The notes beneath the pieces are model-generated. The model had not been told where the DNA came from and did not search any database. It saw only the letters and a list, made by a program, of their open reading frames with translations. The translations under genes were made by a program, and so were the position numbers. Below are positions 1 through 9,143 of a DNA stretch of 64,000 nt, in pieces. Source of the stretch: a virus (lineage: Duplodnaviria > Heunggongvirae > Uroviricota > Caudoviricetes); IMG/VR virus record IMGVR_UViG_2880389630_000005. One strand, written 5' to 3'. Every line of letters begins with the position of its first letter. Position 1 is the stretch's first letter.

Positions 1-747
1 ATGAATCATCTTTACGAACAACTGACCGCACTTAAACTCACCGGCTTCCGTGATGCGCTTAAAAAGCAACTTGCTCAACCGGGCACATACCAGGAGCTGG
101 GCTTCGAAGAACGCCTGTCATTACTGACAGCAGAAGAACTAACCTGCCGTGAAAACAGGAAGGCAGAGCGTCTGATCAAACATGCACGGTTCAGACTTAA
201 TGCTGAGTTATCAAAGCTGGATTATCGTAACAATAGAGGGCTGGACAGGGCCCTCATCCGTTCACTCAGTCAGGGAAACTGGTTAACCCTGAAACAAAAT
301 ATTTTACTGACCGGGGCCACCGGCAGCGGTAAAACGTTCCTGGCATGTGCACTTGGTCATAATGCCTGCCGACAGGGATACAAGGTCTACTATTATCGCC
401 TTAAAGCGCTGATGGAACAGTGCTATCAGGGGCATGCTGATGGAAGATACAGCAAACTTTTGACCAGGCTGAATAATAGCGATCTGCTGCTTCTGGATGA
501 CTGGGGGCTGGAACCTCTCTCATCAGAACAGCGTAGCGACCTGCTGGAAATAGTGGATCTGATGTACCAACGAGGCTCAATCATCGTAGTGAGCCAGTTG
601 CCGGTGGAAAACTGGTACAAAATGATCGGAGACTCCACACATGCGGATGCCATCCTAGATCGACTGGTTCATGGCAGTATCAAGATCGAACTTAAAGGAG
701 AATCAATGCGGAAAATACAATCTCCGTTGACCGAAGGAGATCAGTGA
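1..747 (+). CDS. istB: IS21-family transposition helper ATPase IstB
   Basis: 248 aa; Walker A GATGSGKT, Walker B LLLLDDWG; typical IstB size. Confidence 0.8.
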   Translation: MNHLYEQLTALKLTGFRDALKKQLAQPGTYQELGFEERLSLLTAEELTCRENRKAERLIKHARFRLNAELSKLDYRNNRGLDRALIRSLSQGNWLTLKQNILLTGATGSGKTFLACALGHNACRQGYKVYYYRLKALMEQCYQGHADGRYSKLLTRLNNSDLLLLDDWGLEPLSSEQRSDLLEIVDLMYQRGSIIVVSQLPVENWYKMIGDSTHADAILDRLVHGSIKIELKGESMRKIQSPLTEGDQ

Positions 748-800
748 AGGTAATTTAAAAACGGTTCTGTGAAAGTGACACGAACCGATCTCCATCGATG
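1..800 (+). mobile_element. IS21-family insertion sequence, 3' portion (istB plus right end); istA expected upstream of window; right boundary approximate
   Basis: Complete IstB-like ORF at 1-747, then ~90 bp before next ORF; terminal repeat cannot be verified without the left end. Confidence 0.5.
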
Positions 801-841
801 TTACTCACCGATCTCCTTCACGGTAATACGCAACGTACGAG

Positions 842-1180
842 TTGTACGAAGGTGACGCTGCCTACAAAGCTGCGCTTGACAAAGCATTAAAACCGGTCGG
901 ACTGAGCGGCATGTTCGGTAAAGGCGGGTATATGGATGGCCCTGGCGGAAACGTAACGCCAGTAACCATTAACGGTACAGTCTGGCTCCAGGGCGACGGT
1001 TGCAAAGCCAATACCTGCGGCTGGGACTTTATCGTAACACTCTATAACCCAAAAACCCATGAAGTCGTTGGCTACCGCTACTTTGGTTTAGATGACCCGG
1101 CCTACCTGGTTTGGTTCGGCGAAATTGGCGTGCATGAATTCGCGTATCTGGTGAAAAACTACGTAGCTGCGGTTAACTAA
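842..1180 (+). CDS. Hypothetical protein, possibly a 5'-truncated remnant next to the IS end
   Basis: 112-aa ORF with TTG start; in-frame stop only 15 nt upstream; contains a CKxxxCG motif; function unknown. Confidence 0.3.
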   Translation: MYEGDAAYKAALDKALKPVGLSGMFGKGGYMDGPGGNVTPVTINGTVWLQGDGCKANTCGWDFIVTLYNPKTHEVVGYRYFGLDDPAYLVWFGEIGVHEFAYLVKNYVAAVN

Positions 1181-1195
1181 TTTAAGGAGTCTGTC

Positions 1196-1606
1196 ATGAA
1201 AACTTTTATCAAAACTTTACTCGTTGCTGTAACTATTCTGTTCTCTGTCTTCGCTGCGGCGAAACAAGTAAAACTGCCAAACAACATCAAATACGTTAAT
1301 ACTACAGAGGCGTTTTCCTGTACTGAGATTGACGGTATGAATTGCCAGACGAAGAATCCGTTCAACTATAAAGATAACAGCTATGTTTTCGTGCTTGAAC
1401 GTGGTGGTGCCTGGTGTTACGACTACACTGTCTCGGTACTTAACCTGAAAACCGGGAAAGAACAGATGCTCGAATACAAAGACAACCAGCTGTGCTCAGG
1501 TAGCAACAAACCGTTCTTCGAAATCAAAAATGGCGTACCGACGGTAGGAGTCATCGACACATCCGGAAAACCTGTCGTTGTGGCTCTGGACAAACTTAAA
1601 ACCTGA
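1196..1606 (+). CDS. Exported hypothetical protein (signal peptide)
   Basis: 136 aa; N-terminal MKTFIKTLLVAVTILFSVFAAA hydrophobic leader; RBS aaggag 8 nt upstream. Confidence 0.6.
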   Translation: MKTFIKTLLVAVTILFSVFAAAKQVKLPNNIKYVNTTEAFSCTEIDGMNCQTKNPFNYKDNSYVFVLERGGAWCYDYTVSVLNLKTGKEQMLEYKDNQLCSGSNKPFFEIKNGVPTVGVIDTSGKPVVVALDKLKT

Positions 1607-1826
1607 GGAGTAAACCATGCGTTTCTCTGCACATTATTAATATCAAAGGTAAATACAGCCCCAGCCATTGTTGCCGGAAAGCCGCTTAATGCGTGGCTCG
1701 CCAGTGAAAGGCTTCTCAGACAATAAACCTCATTCATTTCACCCGTCAGGCCGCGTCTTCTCCGGGAGACGTGGCTTTTTTCATTTATTACACCAGTAAA
1801 TCTTAACCACCGATAAGGAGCAAATC

Positions 1827-2645
1827 ATGCGATTAACCAGTCGTTTTGGTTATGTAAACCAGATACGCCGTGACCGTCCGCTGACACACGAAGAACTGAT
1901 GCACCATGTACCGGGTATTTTCGGTGAAGACCGGCATACCTCCTGCAGTGAACGCTATACGTACATCCCCACCATCACCGTACTGGAAAGCCTGCAGCGG
2001 GAAGGCTTTCATCCATTCTTCGCCTGCCAGACCCGCGTACGTGACCCGGACCGCCGGGAATACACCAAACACATGCTGCGTCTGCGCCGTAACGGAGAGA
2101 TAAACGGAGAACATGTCCCTGAAATTATTCTGCTCAACTCTCATGACGGTACCTCCAGCTACCAGATGCTGCCGGGTTACTTCAGGTTCGTCTGCCAGAA
2201 CGGATGCGTCTGTGGTCAGTCTCTGGGGGAAGTGCGTGTTCCGCACCGGGGAAATGTGGTGGACAGAGTCATTGAAGGGGCTTACGAGGTGGTGGGCGTG
2301 TTTGACCGGATAGAGGAGAAGCGTGATGCCATGCAGTCGCTGATTCTGCCGCCACCGGCACGCCAGGCGCTGGCACAGGCGGCACTGACTTACCGTTATG
2401 GTGACGAACATCGGCCCGTCACCACCGCCGACATTCTGACGCCACGACGCCGGGAGGATTACGGTAAGGACCTGTGGAGTACTTATCAGACCATCCAGGA
2501 GAATATGCTGAAAGGCGGGATTTCCGGTCGCAGTGCAAAAGGAAAACGTATCCACACCCGTGCCATTCACAGCATCGACACCGATATTAAGCTCAACCGC
2601 GCATTGTGGGTAATGGCAGAAACGCTGCTGGAGAGCCTGCGCTGA
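1827..2645 (+). CDS. DUF932-family protein (YfjQ/YafZ-like) of CP4-type islands
   Basis: 272 aa; RBS aaggag upstream; resembles CP4 cryptic-prophage DUF932 proteins (from memory). Confidence 0.75.
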   Translation: MRLTSRFGYVNQIRRDRPLTHEELMHHVPGIFGEDRHTSCSERYTYIPTITVLESLQREGFHPFFACQTRVRDPDRREYTKHMLRLRRNGEINGEHVPEIILLNSHDGTSSYQMLPGYFRFVCQNGCVCGQSLGEVRVPHRGNVVDRVIEGAYEVVGVFDRIEEKRDAMQSLILPPPARQALAQAALTYRYGDEHRPVTTADILTPRRREDYGKDLWSTYQTIQENMLKGGISGRSAKGKRIHTRAIHSIDTDIKLNRALWVMAETLLESLR

Positions 2646-2890
2646 TGCAGCATGTCCCTGAAGGCGTGATTCAGGCACCAGAATCACCCGACGCCCCGGA
2701 GGCGCTGCCGGGGTGTCGTTCCATTTCTGATGATGACCTGTGCGCCTGGTGTACCCGTCTGCTTTACCGTCCCGGAGAAATCAGTCTGTGCAGACTGAGT
2801 ACAGGCAATGGCATCTGGCCATCCGTCTGTGACCGGAACGGTTACGCGTACGGCTGTCCGGAATTTCAGCCGAATATCATTCATCCCTGA
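2645..2890 (+). CDS. Small hypothetical protein, translationally coupled to DUF932 gene
   Basis: ATG overlaps upstream stop (TGATG); 81 aa; Cys-rich. Confidence 0.4.
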   Translation: MQHVPEGVIQAPESPDAPEALPGCRSISDDDLCAWCTRLLYRPGEISLCRLSTGNGIWPSVCDRNGYAYGCPEFQPNIIHP

Positions 2891-2983
2891 TATTACCGGG
2901 TCTCACGGTCAGTGATGAACGTGATGTTGCCAGCTCCCGACCTTTACTCCCTCTCATTTATTCACATTACAAGGATTTCATAC

Positions 2984-3457
2984 ATGAAAACATTGTCTCA
3001 GAACACCACCTCTTCGGCCTGTGCACCGGAGACTGGCCTGCAACAACTGGTTGCCACCATAGTCCCTGATGAACAGCGCATCAGCTTCTGGCCGCAGCAT
3101 TTTGGCCTCATTCCACAGTGGGTGACCCTGGAGCCCCGTGTCTTCGGCTGGATGGACCGTCTGTGCGAAAACTACTGCGGTGGTATCTGGAATCTGTACA
3201 CCCTGAACAACGGCGGGGCATTTATGGCCCCTGAACCGGATGACTATGATGACGAAACATGGGTACTGTTCAATGCCATGAACGGTAACCGCGCTGAAAT
3301 GAGCCCGGAAGCCGCCGGCATTGCCGCCTGTCTGATGACGTACAGTCATCACGCCTGCCGTACGGAGTGTTATGCCATGACGGTTCATTATTACCGTCTG
3401 CGGGATTACGCCCTGCAGCATCCGGAATGCAGCGCCATTATGCGCATTATTGACTGA
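2984..3457 (+). CDS. Antirestriction protein (YfjX/YafX-like)
   Basis: 157 aa from ATG 2984 (MKTLSQNTTSS...); position upstream of radC-like gene as in CP4 islands. Confidence 0.75.
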   Translation: MKTLSQNTTSSACAPETGLQQLVATIVPDEQRISFWPQHFGLIPQWVTLEPRVFGWMDRLCENYCGGIWNLYTLNNGGAFMAPEPDDYDDETWVLFNAMNGNRAEMSPEAAGIAACLMTYSHHACRTECYAMTVHYYRLRDYALQHPECSAIMRIID

Positions 3458-3472
3458 AAGGGGGCCGGAACA

Positions 3473-3949
3473 ATGCAACAGATTTCCTTTCTGCCCGGAG
3501 AAATGACAACCAGAGAGCGCAGCCTCATTCAGCGGGCCCTGAAAACCCTGGACCGCCATCTTCATGAACCCGGCGTGGCCTTCACCTCCACCCGTGCGGC
3601 ACGGGAATGGCTGATTCTGAACATGGCGGGACTGGAGCGTGAAGAATTCCGGGTGCTGTATCTGAATAACCAGAATCAGCTGATTGCCGGTGAAACCCTC
3701 TTCACCGGCACCATCAACCGCACGGAAGTCCATCCCCGGGAAGTGATTAAACGCGCCCTGTATCACAATGCCGCAGCCGTGGTGCTGGCGCACAATCACC
3801 CGTCCGGTGAAGTCACACCCAGTAAGGCAGACCGGCTTATCACCGAACGTCTGGTACAGGCACTGGGCCTGGTGGATATCCGGGTGCCGGACCATCTGAT
3901 AGTCGGTGGCAGCCAGGTTTTCTCCTTTGCCGAACATGGTCTGCTTTAA
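3473..3949 (+). CDS. yeeS: RadC-like JAB/MPN-domain protein (YeeS/YfjY family)
   Basis: 158 aa; JAMM motif HNHPSG; synteny with yeeT-cbeA-cbtA. Confidence 0.85.
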   Translation: MQQISFLPGEMTTRERSLIQRALKTLDRHLHEPGVAFTSTRAAREWLILNMAGLEREEFRVLYLNNQNQLIAGETLFTGTINRTEVHPREVIKRALYHNAAAVVLAHNHPSGEVTPSKADRLITERLVQALGLVDIRVPDHLIVGGSQVFSFAEHGLL

Positions 3950-4011
3950 CCCGTCACAACCACATCACACCTGTTTTCACTTTTATCTTCTGTCTTCAGA
4001 GGTATCCCACT

Positions 4012-4233
4012 ATGAAAATCATCACCCGTGGCGAAGCCATGCGTATTCACCGTCAGCATCCTGCATCCCGTCTTTTTCCGTTCTGTACCGGCAAATACCG
4101 CTGGCACGGCAGTGCTGAAGCGTATACCGGTCGTGAAGTGCAGGATATTCCCGGTGTGCTGGCCGTGTTTGCTGAACGCCGTAAGGACAGTTTTGGCCCG
4201 TATGTCCGGCTGATGAGCGTCACTCTGAACTGA
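4012..4233 (+). CDS. yeeT: DUF987 protein YeeT
   Basis: 73 aa MKIITRGEAMRIH...; matches YeeT family from memory. Confidence 0.8.
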   Translation: MKIITRGEAMRIHRQHPASRLFPFCTGKYRWHGSAEAYTGREVQDIPGVLAVFAERRKDSFGPYVRLMSVTLN

Positions 4234-4251
4234 GTCAGTAAGGGCATTCTG

Positions 4252-4329
4252 ATGAGCAGAATTATCACCACCACCGTGTATACACTGCATGAGCTATCCT
4301 CCACCGCACAGGAAAAAGCCCGCGACTGG
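4252..4329 (+). pseudogene. 5' fragment of an island gene (~205 aa when restored) disrupted by the Mu-like prophage
   Basis: ATG 4252 with RBS aaggg; frame continues exactly into 40148-40718 when the prophage and one repeat copy are removed. Confidence 0.7.
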
Positions 4330-4490
4330 TGTGGGGTAGTGATCAATTCTGGGCGGAGTTAGTGCAGCCTGGTAGAACCAGCAAGCCTTGTGTGGCGCGG
4401 GGTGTGGTGATTTAGTGTGATTCTGGGCGGATTTGTGAGAAATGACCAAAAACGCTTTTTTTGCGCTTTTTTCTGGGCGCTTTTGATCTG
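4330..4490 (+). repeat. Prophage left end with three direct copies of TTCTGGGCG (candidate transposase-binding sites)
   Basis: TTCTGGGCGG at 4347 and 4421, TTCTGGGCGC at 4471; same motif inverted at right end. Confidence 0.55.
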
Positions 4491-4640
4491 GTTCTGCTAC
4501 AAACTTAACGGGTTTTAAATGCTTTTAAAAAAGTGTTTTATCCTTACCCGTTTTCCTCAATTTGTTCTCATCTGTGTGTTCGGTTTTGTTGTGGTTATTG
4601 CTGATTAGCTAACAGCACACGCCCCGCCAAAACGAGGCGC

Positions 4641-5288
4641 TTATGCTGATTTCTTGTTTACAGGCTTAGTTTCTTGCTCCGGTGTGACGGGAACGCGATC
4701 ACCTGGTGTTCCAGCACAGAAAATAGCTTTGGCGCGGCGCAAAATCTCTTTGTCATTTTCCTCATCGCCAGCTAATGCCATGCAAACAGCGTCTTTAAGC
4801 GATTGCCTGATGTTCAGGCTTTGAATGGCCTTCCTTTGTTCCTCAAGTTCGCTATCGGCTTGCTTGGTTTGCCTGGTGGGTTGCTGTAGGCGTTCCAGGA
4901 CTCCTTTGATGCCAATACAACACAGCATATCAATAAGACGCTCTCTATCTTCTGGAGTAGCTCGCCTTAGTATTTCATCGACAATACTTGTGTTTGGGCG
5001 GTTAACGTCTTCTGTAGGCACCTTTTTTTCTATTATTGGATCATGCCTGCTCTCACCGTAGACCAACCATTCCAGTGATACATTCTCTAATTTTGCTATC
5101 GTAGCGACCACATTTAGGCCGGGAGTGGTGCCTTTCTCAAAGTAGTTATTTATGGTCGAGTACGGCAACCCCCAGTCTGAGGTGGCTTTACGCAGACTCC
5201 TAGTGCCAACCAGTTGCTTGATTCTGTCCTGAATGCTTTCTTTTCTATTCTGAGAAAAGGAAAAATCATCGGCGGTTTGTTTACTCAT
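4641..5288 (-). CDS. Prophage repressor (Mu c-like position), HTH DNA-binding
   Basis: 215 aa from ATG 5288 with RBS gaggaa; divergent from ner; N-terminal HTH-like segment. Confidence 0.7.
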   Translation of the reverse strand: MSKQTADDFSFSQNRKESIQDRIKQLVGTRSLRKATSDWGLPYSTINNYFEKGTTPGLNVVATIAKLENVSLEWLVYGESRHDPIIEKKVPTEDVNRPNTSIVDEILRRATPEDRERLIDMLCCIGIKGVLERLQQPTRQTKQADSELEEQRKAIQSLNIRQSLKDAVCMALAGDEENDKEILRRAKAIFCAGTPGDRVPVTPEQETKPVNKKSA

Positions 5289-5407
5289 TTTCTTTCCTCG
5301 CAATCTATTGATTTACAATGTATTTCTGCAAAAAGACTTTCTTTTCACCAAAGAAAGAAAAGAAAGCTTGTAATTTTCTATTTGTGGATCAATACTTATA
5401 TCCGAAG

Positions 5408-5429
5408 GGATAACACGGCGGTGTTATCC
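5408..5429. promoter_or_regulatory. Candidate operator: 9-bp inverted repeat GGATAACAC-N4-GTGTTATCC plus adjacent GGATAAC half-sites
   Basis: Palindrome in the c-ner intergenic region; extra half-site at 5434-5440. Confidence 0.5.
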
Positions 5430-5456
5430 GCACGGATAACTTTTAAGGGTAACCTA

Positions 5457-5693
5457 ATGATGGTTAGAAATGAAGTAATGAACAAAGACTGGCACCGCGA
5501 GTACATCGTTGCCGCTGTGCACACCAAAGGTTTTACATTGCGTGAACTTTCTGAACGCGCTGGTCTAAAAAAAGACTCTTTAAAAAATGCACTGTATCGC
5601 TCATGCCCTAAATATGAACGCATCATAGCCGATGCTATTGGTGTGGAACCTGCGGAGATCTGGCCAAGCCGGTATGCCAGTAAGGCGGCTTAA
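5457..5693 (+). CDS. ner: Ner-like DNA-binding protein
   Basis: 78 aa; resembles Mu Ner (…KDWHREYI…EIWPSRY…); immediately upstream of transposase. Confidence 0.8.
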   Translation: MMVRNEVMNKDWHREYIVAAVHTKGFTLRELSERAGLKKDSLKNALYRSCPKYERIIADAIGVEPAEIWPSRYASKAA

Positions 5694-7735
5694 TGTTTTA
5701 TTCAGCCAATGAGCTGGCCGGTCTTCCTGGTTTGCCCGGTACAGTTCAGGGGGTGCGCTGGACGCTCAATCGGATCACAGAGACGCACCCGGAATGGAAG
5801 CGCAAGCGTGAAGGCACCAAAGCATTCGAGTATCACATCGACTGCCTGCCCGCTGAAGCGCAGAAAGTTTTACGTAAGCGCCTGACCCATCAGGTCCTGG
5901 AAGATACGCAACTGCCCGCCGTGGTTGAGCAGAAGGCAGTTAAAAACGTCGCCGTTCGCGATGAACTGGAGGTGATGGTCAAATGCCCGGAACTGGCATT
6001 ACGCGAAGTCCAGGCACTGACTGACAAGCAAAAGGCCATCGCTGATGCGCGGATATTGCTGGCTACTGAAGTGCATAAACTGCGCGAATACGCCGGAATG
6101 ACCAGGAAGGCCGCGTTAAAGCACATCGTTGATGGTGTGCGCATGGGGGCGTTACCTGACCGCATTATCGAAGCAGCGAATACTGCAAATGCACGTCAGG
6201 GAAAGCGAACCGGTGTCAGCACCGGCAGCCTGGATAGCTGGTACTCCAGCTGGGTGATGGCGCGCGGTGATGCCAATCAGTTACTGGCGTTACTGGCTCC
6301 CGGTCATCATAAGGGAACACCGTGGGAGCAGGTCTGGTGGTTGAGCGATTTCTTTATGTTCTATCGCTCATGGAAGCGCCCGACCGTTGAATACGCGTAT
6401 CGCGAGTTTTCAGCCTGGTGGCATGAAAAACACGCGAATGATGCGGGAATGCTGGCAGTACTGCCTTCAGTTCACGCAGTCAGACGGGTGTTAAGCAGCG
6501 TCCCGGTGATTGTTAAAGAGCGTTTCCGCTCCACCGGTTCAGCCTGGCGTTCGCTCAATCCCTTTGTGCGGCGCGACTGGAGCACATTACCGGTTAATGC
6601 GGTATGGGTCGGGGATGGTCACTGTATGAAAATGACCGCGTTTAACCCACTGACCGGCAATATTTTCCGGCCAGAAGTGACGCTGGTTATGGATGCGGGT
6701 CAACGCTTTGTTGTGGGCTGGTCACTGTCCCTGTCGGAGAACGTGATAGCCGTTGCTGATGCGTTACGTTACGGCATGGCGCAGCACGGGATACCGCTGA
6801 TTTATTACTCCGATAACGGGGGCGGCGAAAAAAACCGGGTGCTTGACGCCGATATTACCGGGATTTTGCCCCGGCTGGGTGTGGAGCATCACACGGGGAT
6901 ACCAGGTAACCCACAGGGGCGCGGGGTGATTGAAAGGCTTAACAAGGAAATTCCCCGGGATGTGGCCCTGAGTTTCCAGACGTACTGCTCAAAGGGAGCA
7001 GACAAGGAAACCGTAATGATGCAGCAACGGATTATGCAGTCAGCCATTAAGGCCACCCACAAAGGGAAAGAACTGACAAAACGGCAGGTTAAGGCGAGGG
7101 ATGAAGTCCCCACCTTTGAGCAACTGATGGCAGCCATAGAACTGGAAGTCAGACGCTATAACAACCGGCCACACAGCAGCCTTCCTCGCAAAGAGGATGG
7201 CGAGCATTACAGCCCGGCAGCGTATCGCCGGAAACTGATAAAAGAGCAGAATGTTGAAATTGATTTCTTGTCGCCGGAAGAACTGCATGAAATGTTCAGA
7301 CCGGAGGTGACGCGCAAAACATTTCGCGGGGAAATTCAGTTATTCAACAATATTTATTACTCGTATGAGCTGGCCGCAGAGCACGGGAATGAAGTCAGGG
7401 TCAGTTACGATATTCATGATGCAAACAGCGTCATTGTCCGGCGGGCTGATGGCTCTTATATCTGCGATGCCATCTGGAACGGTAACAAGGTTGATGCCTT
7501 CGCTAAACCAGTTATCGAGCAAAAACTGGAGAAACGCGTCAGAGGCCGCATTGCACGGGCCACGCAGAAAATCGAAGAGGCTAAACGCGAGCTTACCCCG
7601 GCTATTACGCAGAAGCCTGACTTTAATCTGGGATATGGACTGGAACGCCCGGAGAAAAAGGAAAAAGAAGAACTTTATTTATTCGCATCTGAACGCGAAC
7701 GCAATTTAAAGAAAAACGGCACAAACAACCGTTAA
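5693..7735 (+). CDS. Mu A-like DDE transposase
   Basis: 680 aa; start overlaps ner stop (TAATG); size and position as Mu A. Confidence 0.9.
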   Translation: MFYSANELAGLPGLPGTVQGVRWTLNRITETHPEWKRKREGTKAFEYHIDCLPAEAQKVLRKRLTHQVLEDTQLPAVVEQKAVKNVAVRDELEVMVKCPELALREVQALTDKQKAIADARILLATEVHKLREYAGMTRKAALKHIVDGVRMGALPDRIIEAANTANARQGKRTGVSTGSLDSWYSSWVMARGDANQLLALLAPGHHKGTPWEQVWWLSDFFMFYRSWKRPTVEYAYREFSAWWHEKHANDAGMLAVLPSVHAVRRVLSSVPVIVKERFRSTGSAWRSLNPFVRRDWSTLPVNAVWVGDGHCMKMTAFNPLTGNIFRPEVTLVMDAGQRFVVGWSLSLSENVIAVADALRYGMAQHGIPLIYYSDNGGGEKNRVLDADITGILPRLGVEHHTGIPGNPQGRGVIERLNKEIPRDVALSFQTYCSKGADKETVMMQQRIMQSAIKATHKGKELTKRQVKARDEVPTFEQLMAAIELEVRRYNNRPHSSLPRKEDGEHYSPAAYRRKLIKEQNVEIDFLSPEELHEMFRPEVTRKTFRGEIQLFNNIYYSYELAAEHGNEVRVSYDIHDANSVIVRRADGSYICDAIWNGNKVDAFAKPVIEQKLEKRVRGRIARATQKIEEAKRELTPAITQKPDFNLGYGLERPEKKEKEELYLFASERERNLKKNGTNNR

Positions 7736-7753
7736 TTTAAAAGGTATTTAATT

Positions 7754-8647
7754 ATGAGTTTAATTACGCAATTAAATGACGTAATGGCCCGTCGCGGCTA
7801 TACGCAGACCCACGTCGCCCGTGCCATTGGTCGTAGCAGCGCCGTTATCAGCCAGTATTTACAGGGTAAATATCAGGGCGATATGGCTGATATTGAAGAA
7901 CGCATTTCTACCTTTGTGACCCGTGAGCGGGAAAAGGAAAACAGCCGCCGTATTAAAGCAAAGTTTGTGACCACCGGTATGGCTGCCAAAGGACTGGAGG
8001 TGCTGGCCTACGCTCACCTGGAATGTGAAATCTGTGTGCTGTATGGCGCAGCAGGTCTTGGCAAAACAATGATTCTGCGTGAATACGCCGCCAGAAACCG
8101 GGATGCGCTCCTGATTGAGGCTGACCCGGGCTATACAGCCAGAACACTGCTTGAGGAGTTGTGCCGCCAGCTGGGGGTAAAGGTTCGCGGCAACATTCAC
8201 GAACTGATAGATGCCTGTGTGCGCGAACTGCGTGATTCCGGTCGTCTGCTAATGGTGGACGAGGCTGAACTGCTCCCCTATCGCGCACTGGAGGTTCTGC
8301 GCCGTCTGCATGACAAAGCGGGTATCGGGGTTGTTCTGGCGGGTATGCCTCGTCTTCTGATTAACCTCAAGGGGCGTCGTGGTGAGTTCGCCCAGTTATA
8401 CAGCCGTGTGGCGCTGGCGCTTAACCTGGGCGATACGCTGGCGCAGGAAGATTTTAACCAGATAGCCACCGGGCTGATGCCGGAAGCAGCAGAACCGGAA
8501 ATCAGCGAGGCGCTTTATACACGTTCGCTGGGTAATGCCCGCCGCCTGTTCAAACTGGCGCGTGGTGTGTACCGGATTTGTGATATCAGCGATGCGCCGG
8601 TCAGTGTGCAGGCCATTGATAAATTCGCGGAAATGTTAATTCACTGA
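7754..8647 (+). CDS. Mu B-like AAA+ transposition/target-DNA activator
   Basis: 297 aa; Walker A GAAGLGKT; follows transposase. Confidence 0.9.
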   Translation: MSLITQLNDVMARRGYTQTHVARAIGRSSAVISQYLQGKYQGDMADIEERISTFVTREREKENSRRIKAKFVTTGMAAKGLEVLAYAHLECEICVLYGAAGLGKTMILREYAARNRDALLIEADPGYTARTLLEELCRQLGVKVRGNIHELIDACVRELRDSGRLLMVDEAELLPYRALEVLRRLHDKAGIGVVLAGMPRLLINLKGRRGEFAQLYSRVALALNLGDTLAQEDFNQIATGLMPEAAEPEISEALYTRSLGNARRLFKLARGVYRICDISDAPVSVQAIDKFAEMLIH

Positions 8648-8886
8648 TGGAGAACAAGACGATGGACAAGCAGACCATTAACGCCGTCCGTTCCCGTGCC
8701 CGTGTGGCCATCCACACCACCGGTGGTCGTGTAACGGGACAGCATCACCGTTTACCTGTGGTTTATGCCTGCCCACCTGTGGGTGGTCCTGTATGGCCGG
8801 TAACGGAAATCATCCAGACATTCAGCGGCCTGCGCCGCGTGGTGAAAACATCCTGTATCGACGGCTGCACCGTCGTATGGCAATGA
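8647..8886 (+). CDS. Hypothetical early protein
   Basis: 79 aa; ATG overlaps B stop (TGATG). Confidence 0.35.
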   Translation: MENKTMDKQTINAVRSRARVAIHTTGGRVTGQHHRLPVVYACPPVGGPVWPVTEIIQTFSGLRRVVKTSCIDGCTVVWQ

Positions 8887-8898
8887 GAGGAAATCAGA

Positions 8899-9114
8899 AT
8901 GGCGGTTAAGTTAGAAGTAATTATCTATACCGATGAAAAAGGCTGTGTTTTAACCCAGACCACGGGGAGTTATTCGAAGGACGGAGCTTCCGAAAAGGAG
9001 TTTCAGGTGGCAACAAGATTACATGATGCTATCAAGGAAACGCTCAGAAATGACTATAACGGCGTGAATCTTTTTTCTGAAAATGTTGCGCCTCGCGCAC
9101 ATAACACACATTAA
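8899..9114 (+). CDS. Hypothetical early protein
   Basis: 71 aa; RBS agaggaaa upstream. Confidence 0.45.
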   Translation: MAVKLEVIIYTDEKGCVLTQTTGSYSKDGASEKEFQVATRLHDAIKETLRNDYNGVNLFSENVAPRAHNTH

Positions 9115-9143
9115 TCTGTAAATATCACTGAGGTAATTTAATT

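Noticed and set aside
842-1180. Assignment of the 842-1180 product to the Ivy lysozyme-inhibitor family
   Set aside because: Only a short CKxxxCG motif resemblance from memory; not enough to call without a search, so it is left as hypothetical.
1833-2687. 284-aa ORF on the minus strand
   Set aside because: Lies entirely antisense to the DUF932 gene (1827-2645), which has an RBS and a recognisable product; treated as a shadow ORF.
2978-3937. 319-aa minus-strand ORF spanning the antirestriction and radC-like genes
   Set aside because: Antisense to two well-supported plus-strand genes; no start context or domain signal; typical GC-rich shadow frame.
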